From a virus (taxonomy: Duplodnaviria > Caudoviricetes), in IMG/VR virus record IMGVR_UViG_3300030330_002721, positions 1 to 30,917 of that record: DNA of 30,917 nt. The stretch is one strand, 5' to 3'. The position numbers and the translations under genes were made by a program. The notes below the pieces were generated by a model that was not told the origin of the DNA, did no database searches, and saw nothing but the letters and a program-made list of their open reading frames with translations. The number at the start of each line of letters is the position of its first letter. Within the stretch, counting starts at the first letter, position 1. Below are positions 23,696 through 30,917 of the stretch, piece by piece.

Positions 23696-25693
23696 ATGGC
23701 AACAACAATTAAAATTAAAAGAGGTACCGGTACTTCGGCTCCAGGCAGTCTAAGTGCAGGTGAATTAGCCTATACTGGAGGAGCTGGAACTAGTGGAAAT
23801 AGCGGTTCCAGACTATTTATAGGTAATCCCGCTGATGGTAGCGTATTAGTAATCGGTGGTAAGTATTTTGCAGATTTAGCAGACCATACACCAGGTACTT
23901 TAACAGCAAGCTCAGCTATTATAACAGATAGTAGCAGTAAAATTGATAACTTATTAGTTGATAATTTACAACTTAACGGTAATACAATTAGCACTACATC
24001 AGGTGCACTAACTGTAACAACTACAGGCACACTTACTTTAAATCATGGTGGTACTGTAGATGCAAGTGCTCAAACAAATGTGCTATCAATAAAAGATAAT
24101 GAAGCAGCTTCTTTAGATATAAAAGAAGGTTCTACTTCTTACCTTAAATTAGTAACTACAAACTCAAGTGAGAAAATTGTAGTTGGACAAGATACAACTT
24201 TTGCTGATGATGTATCATTAGTATCAGATAGCGCAGTTCTTAACTTTGGAGCAGACAATGATGTAAACTTGACTCACGTTGCCGATACAGGTTTACTATT
24301 CAACTCAAATAGTGTTTTCCAATTTAGAGATAATGCACTAACTATTGGTTCATCTACAGATGGTCAATTAGATATTGATGCAGATACAGAATTAGAAATT
24401 ACTGCACCAACAGTAGATATAAATGCTTCTACTTCAGTAAATATTAGTAATGACCTTAAATTAGATAGCGATTCAGCAGTTTTAGGTTTTGGTGCAGATA
24501 ACGATGTAACTTTAACACACGTTGCTGATACAGCTCTTAGACTTAATTCGTCTATGGCTTTACAATTCAGAGATTCAGCACTAAGTGTTTCTTCACCAAG
24601 TGACGGTGTATTAGCAATTGCTGCAGATACAGAAGTTGATATTACAACAACAACATTAGATGTTAACGGTAACGCAGATGTTAGTGGCTCACTCGGAGCT
24701 GGTTCAACAACTGTTTCCACATTAAAAGTTTCAGACTTAACTAACAATAGAGTAGTTATAGCGGGTACATCAGGCGAGATAGAAGATGACGGAAACTTTA
24801 CTTTTGATGGTTCAACATTAGCTGTTACAGCAGCGATGGACGTTACTGGTGACTTAGATGTAGATGATGTAAACATTAATGGAAGCACAGTTTCTACAAC
24901 ATCTTCAAACACAGATTTAACACTATCACCGAACGGAACAGGAACAGTTAAAGTTCCTTCTGGTTATGTAGATAGGTCAGGATACAGCGCACTCAGTTTA
25001 GCAACAAAAGGATATGTAGATAGTGTAAAACAAGCACTAGATATTAAAGATGCAGTAAAAGCTGCTTCAGTTTCTAACTTTGCTGCAAGTAGAAGTGGTA
25101 GTGTCTTAACAGCTTCAGGTAATGGAGCATTTACACTAGACGGCGTAACTTTAGCAGCAAGTGATAGAGTTCTTATGAAGAACCAAAGTACAGCTGCTGA
25201 TAATGGTATTTATACAGTTACAACAGTCGGTGACGGTTCAACAGCCGCAGTTTTAACAAGAGCAAGTGATGCAGATGCAAGTGCAGATGTTACTTCAGGT
25301 ATGTTTGTATTTGTTACAAATGGTACTGTAAATGGTGGTAATGGTTTTGTACTTACAACTGCAGATACAATAACACTTAATACAACATCACTTTCATTCA
25401 CACAGTTCTCAGGAGCTGGTACAGTAACAGCTGGAGATGGTTTAACAACTGGAGGTTCAAATATCTTTGCAGTTAATCCTGATAATGTTACTGTTGCAAT
25501 TAGTTCAGATGAAGTAAAATTAAAAGGTGATGTAACAACAACAGCACTCGGTGACTTATTAGTCGGTAAAGCCTCAGACGGCGGTTACAAAAGACTTGCA
25601 GTCTCAACAGGTGGTGCTAATCAATTATTACAAATTAACTCCTCAGGAAATGATTTAGAATTTACAGATACATTAGACGGAGGAACATTCTAA
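23696..25693 (+). CDS. Tail fibre segment (665 aa)
   Basis: N-terminal TIKIKRG...P..L.AGELAY; 81-aa duplication; ATKGYVD and DRVLMKNQ...NGIY fibre motifs; ends DTLDGGTF. Confidence 0.8.
   Translation: MATTIKIKRGTGTSAPGSLSAGELAYTGGAGTSGNSGSRLFIGNPADGSVLVIGGKYFADLADHTPGTLTASSAIITDSSSKIDNLLVDNLQLNGNTISTTSGALTVTTTGTLTLNHGGTVDASAQTNVLSIKDNEAASLDIKEGSTSYLKLVTTNSSEKIVVGQDTTFADDVSLVSDSAVLNFGADNDVNLTHVADTGLLFNSNSVFQFRDNALTIGSSTDGQLDIDADTELEITAPTVDINASTSVNISNDLKLDSDSAVLGFGADNDVTLTHVADTALRLNSSMALQFRDSALSVSSPSDGVLAIAADTEVDITTTTLDVNGNADVSGSLGAGSTTVSTLKVSDLTNNRVVIAGTSGEIEDDGNFTFDGSTLAVTAAMDVTGDLDVDDVNINGSTVSTTSSNTDLTLSPNGTGTVKVPSGYVDRSGYSALSLATKGYVDSVKQALDIKDAVKAASVSNFAASRSGSVLTASGNGAFTLDGVTLAASDRVLMKNQSTAADNGIYTVTTVGDGSTAAVLTRASDADASADVTSGMFVFVTNGTVNGGNGFVLTTADTITLNTTSLSFTQFSGAGTVTAGDGLTTGGSNIFAVNPDNVTVAISSDEVKLKGDVTTTALGDLLVGKASDGGYKRLAVSTGGANQLLQINSSGNDLEFTDTLDGGTF
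24206..24691 (+). repeat. Tandem 243-bp (81-aa) intragenic duplication
   Basis: SDSAVLNFGADNDVNLTHVADTG...QFRD versus SDSAVLGFGADNDVTLTHVADTA...QFRD; copies start at 24206 and 24449. Confidence 0.9.
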
Positions 25694-25729
25694 CAGCCTC
25701 TATATAGAGTAAGATAAGGAGTCATATAT

Positions 25730-28700
25730 ATGGCACAAACAATTAAATTAAAGCGTTCAAATACCGCTGGAAATCTACCAACTACTTCTAACTTAGCATT
25801 AGGAGAGGTAGGTATAAATACAAAAGACGGAAAACTATTTTTAAGAAAGCATGTTGACGGTAATGCTAGTGGAGATGGAATATTAACATATGCTCCACAG
25901 GGTGTAAATACTTTTGGCACGCAAACTTATGAAATAAAAGTTATAACTAAGAGTGCGGCTCATGCCTACAATGGACAAGGTAGTGCTAATGGTTATAGTG
26001 TTGATGGTTTAGAATCTCCTTATCTATTACTCATTCCAGGAAATACATATAAGTTTGACCAAGCTGATTCAACAAATAGTGGACACCCACTTCGTTTTTA
26101 TTTAGAGGCAGATAAAACTACAGCTTATACTACTGGAGTTACTACAAATGGAACTCCAGGGTCTTCAGGTGCTTATACACAAATAGCGGTCACAACTTCA
26201 ACCCCCCAAATTTTATACTATCAATGTTCTAATCATGGATTTATGGGCACAGCTGCATATACACCTGGTGGACAGATAGGCTCAAATCAATCTATTAATC
26301 TAGCTGCAAATACTATTGGTTCAACAAATATAGCACAAAATAGTATTCTTACTAAACATATAGACGATAATCAAATTACAACTGACCAAATAGCAGCAAA
26401 TACTATTGCAACAGGCAATGTAGCAGATAACGCTATTGATGGAACAAAAATAGCATCAAATAGTATTTTAACTAGACATATAGATGATGACCAGATTACA
26501 ACTGACCAGATAGCTGCAAATACTATTGCTACTGGTAATATTGCAGATAATGCTGTAGATGGCACAAAGATTGCTTCAAATAGTATTCTCACTAGACACA
26601 TAGACGATAACCAAATTGGTATTGACCAATTAAATGTAACTGATGGTACTAGTGGGCAAGTATTAAAAACAGATGGTTCAGGTACATTATCTTTTGGCAC
26701 AGTAACAAGCGGTAGTGGTAGTACGGAAGATGTTTTCAAAACAATATCTGTCTCAGGACAAAGTGATGTTGTAGCAGATTCAGATACTGATACTCTTACT
26801 CTTGCTGCCGGGACAGGAATGTCAATCACAACAAATGCATCAAGTGATACTATTACTTTTACATCAACTGCAACAGGTTTATCAGCAAATGCAGTAACAG
26901 CTACACACATAGCAACAGGTGCAGTTGGAGCAAGTGAATTAGCTTCAACATCAGTAACAGCAGGGTCATATACTAATACAGATTTAACAGTAGATGCAGA
27001 TGGTCGTATAACAGCGGCTTCAAACGGTACTGGAGGAGGAGGCGTTTCTGATAATGCAATCACAGCAGCTAAGATAGCAACTGGAGCAGTCGGAGCAAGT
27101 GAATTAGCTTCTACTGGAGTAACAGCATCAACTTATGGTTCTGCAACAGCTTCACCACAAATTACAGTAGACGCAGATGGTCGTATTACTGCAGCAAGTA
27201 ATGTTACTATCTCAGGTGGTGGCGGTTCTGGTGGCATAGGTTTAAATCAAACTATAAATACTGATGCAGCAACAGGAGACGGCTCAACAACAGCATTTAC
27301 TAGCAGTGCTACAATAAACTCAGAAGATTTAACTTGGGTTTTTGTAGACGGTGTGTATCAAGAAAAAGCTACATATAGTGTAAGTGGTAGCACAGTTACT
27401 TTTAGTACTGCACCACCAAGCGGAACAAGTGTTGAAATATTAAATCTTTCAAATGTAACTACAGGCGGAGCATTTAATTTCAATGAGTTTAGTGGTAATG
27501 GCTCAACAACAGCATTTACACTTTCAAAAGCACCAGATTCAGAAACAGATTTACTTGTATTTATAGATGGTACTTATCAAAATAGAGACGCATTTACTGT
27601 AAGTGGAACAACACTTACATTTGATACTGCTCCTTCAAACGGAACAAAAGTTATAGCATATTCAATCGGTGGAGTAGTAAACGGTAAAACTCAAGTGGTT
27701 GATACTTTCAATGGAGATGGTAGTGATACAACATTCACATTATCACTTAACCCAGTAGATGAAAAGAATACTTTAGTATATGTAAGTGGTATTTATCAAC
27801 CAAAAGGAACATATAGTGTAAGTGGAACAACACTTACTTTCTCAGAAGCACCACCAAGTGGTACAGGGAATATAGAAGTTGTTATAGGCCAAGTTACAAC
27901 TACAACATCTGTAGGAGCTAACGCAGTTAACTCTGCAGCCATAGCAACAAACGCAGTTGGTTCAACAGAAATAGCACAAAATAGTATTCTTACTAAACAT
28001 ATTGATGACGCACAAGTCACAGCAGACCAACTGGCAAGTGATGCAGTTACAACAGCAAAAATATTAGATGCAAATGTAACAACAGCAAAACTAGCTGATA
28101 ACTCAATTACAAGTGCAAAAATAGCAAGAAATAGTATTGCAGCACAAGAACTGGCACAGAACACACTTACAACATCAGAACTTACAAGAGTGATACCAGA
28201 CTCAGCAAATTTAAGCATTGGCTCCGTAAATGGAGTAGGGATTTCATATAACATCTCTGAATTTACTAATAGTTTACTAATTAGTAATGATGCAGGCACA
28301 GGTACTTTATCTAGTGCGTCTAATAACACAGGTTTAGGACACGAAGTTTTTGATGATTTAACAGAAGGCGACCAAAACACAGGTGTTGGTTCTTTAGCGT
28401 TAACTAAATTAACCACAGGTACAAATAATACGGGCATAGGAACTGTTGCACTTACTGCTTTAACAACAGGTAGTTATAATACAGCAGTAGGTGATAATTC
28501 TCTAGCAGCAACCACTACAGGTGATTTTAATGTTGGAATAGGTGCTAACGCTTTATTAAGCAACACAACAGCAAACAATAATGTTGCTGTAGGTACTGCT
28601 GCTTTAAAACTGAATACAACAGGAGATAGTAATACAGCCATGGGCAACAATGCCTTAGACGCTAATACTACTGGTGCTTCAAATACTGGTTTAGGTAAAG

Positions 28701-30586
28701 GTGCTTTAACTTCTAATACTACTGCATCTAACAACACAGCAGTAGGTAAAGAAGCTTTGAAAGCAAACACTACAGGTAATACAAATACAGCAGTTGGAGC
28801 TGAAGCTCTTGATGCTGTAGTATCTAATAATGATAATACTGCTGTTGGTTATAGAGCTTTAACTGCTAATACAACAGGTTCTAACACCGCAATGGGTTCA
28901 GAAGCTATGCAGTTTACTACAACTGGTGCTAATAATGTTGGTATAGGTGTACACGCTCTTAGAATGAATACTACAGGTCATAGTAATACTGCTGTAGGTA
29001 CCAGCGCTGCAAAAACTAATACAGAAGGAAGAAATAATGTTTCTATTGGATACTATTCAATGGAAGATAATACAACAGGTAAAAATAATGTAGCAGTTGG
29101 ACATGATGCTCTAAAAAATAATACTACCGCGGATAGTAATACAGCAGTTGGTAAAGATGCATTGGCTGCAAATACTACTGGAACAAGAAATACAGGTGTT
29201 GGTTCATTAGCACTAAGCTCAACTACAACTGGTGTTGATAATACTGCTGTAGGTGGCGGAACATCAGGAGTAGCTTTCGGAGCTTTACAATCTAATACAA
29301 CTGGTTCTTATAATACTGCTATAGGAGGCGGCGGCGCGTTAGGTGGCAATACAACAGGTGACTACAATACAGCAATCGGTCATCAATCTTTATTAGATAA
29401 TACTACTGGGACAAGAAATACAGCACTAGGTGCATTTACTTTAGACGCCAACTCAACTGGTAATCATAATACAGCAATAGGGTATGCAGTATTAACAGCA
29501 AATACTACTGCGCATAGAAATACAGCAGTAGGTTATGAAGCCATGTTAGCAAATACAACTGGTTACGATAATACAGCTGTAGGAAGAAGAGCTTTAGATG
29601 CAAATACTACAGGATATGCAAATACAATGATAGGAGAAAGTGCAGGAACTTCAATTACTACTGGTTATAGAAATACATCAGTAGGACAAAATTCAATGCT
29701 TTATTGTACAACTGGTTTAGAAAATACAGCAGTCGGGCAAAATGCTGCTCAAAATATAACTACTGGAGACTATAATGTTGCTGTAGGGCAAAATGCTTTA
29801 GCTAGTTGTAATACAGGAAACAGTAATATAGCCATTGGTGTAAACGCATTAGATGCTTTAACTGATGGAGGAGCTAATGTTGCAATCGGAATAGAAGCAG
29901 GAACAGATGTAACAGATGCAAATACTGGAGTATACGTTGGTTACAGAGCAGGAATGAATGTAACTGAAGGAAGTAATAATACTATTGTTGGACCTGATGC
30001 TGGTGTAGATGTAACAACTGCTGGTAATAGTGTATTGATTGGTCACGATGCAGGCTCAGACGCCTTGGGGTCAATCAGCACAACAAGTAACTATATTATG
30101 CTTGGTAATAATTCAATTACAAACTTTGAAGCAAAAGTTGGTTTGACTGTGGGTTCTGATGAAAGAGATAAAACAGATATAGAAACTTTACCTACTAGTG
30201 CCGGATTAAATTTTGTAAAACAAATGAGACCTGTTACTTATGTTTGGGATAATAGAGATAATTATTATCCACATACACACGAAAAATATGGGGAAAGAGA
30301 CCACTCTAAAAAATCAACTACAAAACAAGTAGGATTTATAGCACAAGAAATAAAAGCAATAGAAGAGTCAATAGGTTGGACTGATGACCATGTAGTAAAT
30401 ACAAGAAATCCAGACTCTTATAAACTTATGTACGAACAGTTAACACCTATACTAGTCAAAGCAATACAAGAACAACAAGAAATAATAGAGGAACTAAAAG
30501 AAAACTCACACCCTTGCAAAGAGCTACACGAGTTTGATGCATACCCAGACTTAATAAAAAGAATAGAGGAATTGGAGAATAAATAA
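25730..30586 (+). CDS. Long modular tail fibre with C-terminal intramolecular chaperone (peptidase S74-type)
   Basis: SD AAGGAG; N-terminal TIKLKRS...GEVGINTKDGKLF; cupredoxin-like domain; several repeat blocks; SDERDK autocleavage motif (Ser1476, codon 30155), GFIAQE and LVKAIQE. Confidence 0.9.
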   Translation: MAQTIKLKRSNTAGNLPTTSNLALGEVGINTKDGKLFLRKHVDGNASGDGILTYAPQGVNTFGTQTYEIKVITKSAAHAYNGQGSANGYSVDGLESPYLLLIPGNTYKFDQADSTNSGHPLRFYLEADKTTAYTTGVTTNGTPGSSGAYTQIAVTTSTPQILYYQCSNHGFMGTAAYTPGGQIGSNQSINLAANTIGSTNIAQNSILTKHIDDNQITTDQIAANTIATGNVADNAIDGTKIASNSILTRHIDDDQITTDQIAANTIATGNIADNAVDGTKIASNSILTRHIDDNQIGIDQLNVTDGTSGQVLKTDGSGTLSFGTVTSGSGSTEDVFKTISVSGQSDVVADSDTDTLTLAAGTGMSITTNASSDTITFTSTATGLSANAVTATHIATGAVGASELASTSVTAGSYTNTDLTVDADGRITAASNGTGGGGVSDNAITAAKIATGAVGASELASTGVTASTYGSATASPQITVDADGRITAASNVTISGGGGSGGIGLNQTINTDAATGDGSTTAFTSSATINSEDLTWVFVDGVYQEKATYSVSGSTVTFSTAPPSGTSVEILNLSNVTTGGAFNFNEFSGNGSTTAFTLSKAPDSETDLLVFIDGTYQNRDAFTVSGTTLTFDTAPSNGTKVIAYSIGGVVNGKTQVVDTFNGDGSDTTFTLSLNPVDEKNTLVYVSGIYQPKGTYSVSGTTLTFSEAPPSGTGNIEVVIGQVTTTTSVGANAVNSAAIATNAVGSTEIAQNSILTKHIDDAQVTADQLASDAVTTAKILDANVTTAKLADNSITSAKIARNSIAAQELAQNTLTTSELTRVIPDSANLSIGSVNGVGISYNISEFTNSLLISNDAGTGTLSSASNNTGLGHEVFDDLTEGDQNTGVGSLALTKLTTGTNNTGIGTVALTALTTGSYNTAVGDNSLAATTTGDFNVGIGANALLSNTTANNNVAVGTAALKLNTTGDSNTAMGNNALDANTTGASNTGLGKGALTSNTTASNNTAVGKEALKANTTGNTNTAVGAEALDAVVSNNDNTAVGYRALTANTTGSNTAMGSEAMQFTTTGANNVGIGVHALRMNTTGHSNTAVGTSAAKTNTEGRNNVSIGYYSMEDNTTGKNNVAVGHDALKNNTTADSNTAVGKDALAANTTGTRNTGVGSLALSSTTTGVDNTAVGGGTSGVAFGALQSNTTGSYNTAIGGGGALGGNTTGDYNTAIGHQSLLDNTTGTRNTALGAFTLDANSTGNHNTAIGYAVLTANTTAHRNTAVGYEAMLANTTGYDNTAVGRRALDANTTGYANTMIGESAGTSITTGYRNTSVGQNSMLYCTTGLENTAVGQNAAQNITTGDYNVAVGQNALASCNTGNSNIAIGVNALDALTDGGANVAIGIEAGTDVTDANTGVYVGYRAGMNVTEGSNNTIVGPDAGVDVTTAGNSVLIGHDAGSDALGSISTTSNYIMLGNNSITNFEAKVGLTVGSDERDKTDIETLPTSAGLNFVKQMRPVTYVWDNRDNYYPHTHEKYGERDHSKKSTTKQVGFIAQEIKAIEESIGWTDDHVVNTRNPDSYKLMYEQLTPILVKAIQEQQEIIEELKENSHPCKELHEFDAYPDLIKRIEELENK
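26303..26632 (+). repeat. Eleven 10-aa repeats with a 120-bp higher-order period
   Basis: AANTIATGNI/ADNAVDGTKI/ASNSILTRHI/DDNQITTDQI cycle; NSILT starts at 26339, 26459 and 26579. Confidence 0.9.
27260..27890 (+). repeat. Three roughly 70-aa beta-sandwich repeats
   Basis: G(D/N)GS(T/D)T.FT...V(F/Y).(D/S)G.YQ...(Y/F).VSG.T.TF..AP..GT occurs three times. Confidence 0.88.
28322..30055 (+). repeat. About 34 degenerate 17-aa repeats (beta-solenoid, trimeric-adhesin-head-like)
   Basis: Consensus TTGxxNTAVGxxALxxN, counted by eye in the translation. Confidence 0.9.
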
Positions 30587-30917
30587 TGGCAAAGACAACC
30601 ACTCATGCAGATTATACAGCAACCGCACTTACATTAACAACTGCGGCACAGCCGAATATTACAAGTTTAGGTACTCTAACATCACTTATAGTAGATAACA
30701 TAACTATTGATGGTTCTGTTATAACTGTAGGATCAGCTAATGATTTAACAATAGATGCAGTTGGTGATATTATATTTGATGCTGATGGCGGAGATGTTAA
30801 ATTTAAAGATGCGGGAACGCATTGGGCTTCTGTATATACAAATGGAACAAATACTTACATACAGAATATGGTCAATTCTGGAGACCTTTATCTATCTGGT
30901 AAAGATGGAAGTGGAAA
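30586..30917 (+). CDS. Further tail fibre protein (3' partial; absent from the ORF track)
   Basis: TAATG-coupled ATG 30586, open to the window end: MAKTTTHADY...TAAQPNITSLGTLTSL...DIIFDADGGDVKFKD. Confidence 0.85.
   Translation, partial: MAKTTTHADYTATALTLTTAAQPNITSLGTLTSLIVDNITIDGSVITVGSANDLTIDAVGDIIFDADGGDVKFKDAGTHWASVYTNGTNTYIQNMVNSGDLYLSGKDGSG

Larger units (their letters stand above)
1..30917 (+). mobile_element. Tailed dsDNA phage structural module (T5-like head, neck and tube; lambda-like tail tip; long fibre array)
   Basis: Contiguous co-oriented packaging, head, tail and fibre genes with many TAATG/ATGA overlaps. No host, integrase or att features in the window. Confidence 0.97.

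Noticed and set aside
25698-25709. Palindrome CTCTATATAGAG between two fibre genes
   Set aside because: Short, AT-centred and without a U-tract; too weak to call a terminator or operator.
26303-30055. Repeat arrays as CRISPR or diversity-generating-retroelement repeats
   Set aside because: The repeats are in-frame, degenerate at codon third positions and lack unique spacers. There is no reverse transcriptase or adenine-specific TR/VR pair in the window.
202-30606. Numerous minus-strand ORFs (e.g. 7575-7949, 24364-24912, 26371-27063, 27796-28437)
   Set aside because: They are shadows of + strand genes rich in Thr/Ala/Gly/Ser codons, with no recognisable motifs or independent expression signals.
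1-30917. Stop-codon reassignment, introns, inteins, tRNAs or integration functions
   Set aside because: Genes are full length in the standard code with TAA, TAG and TGA all used as stops. No such elements were recognisable by eye.

Overview
The whole window is the virion-morphogenesis module of an AT-rich, long-tailed (siphovirus-type) dsDNA phage, with every credible gene on the + strand. The head, neck and tail-tube genes follow phage T5 (Demerecviridae-like) order and sequence: terminase large subunit (partial), HNH nicking endonuclease, portal, small decoration-position gene, prohead protease fused in frame to scaffold plus major capsid protein, head completion, tail completion, tail terminator, tail tube, and tail chaperones joined by a -1 frameshift. 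From the tape-measure C-terminus onward, the tail tip is lambda-type (M, L, K, I, J). Three paralogous small tip genes follow, then a second promoter and a long array of adaptor and fibre genes whose repeat types suggest an environmental, probably marine, phage (inference). The most notable observations are: the protease-capsid fusion with a structured RNA and internal start; a three-paralogue cassette after J; a recurring C-terminal DGGTF-like motif that may link fibre segments; an amicyanin-type copper-ligand motif in a fibre; two promoters with a conserved spacer; a possible pseudoknot after the capsid gene; and strong GATC/TCGA depletion. All family assignments come from recognising motifs and synteny by eye; no database searches were run.
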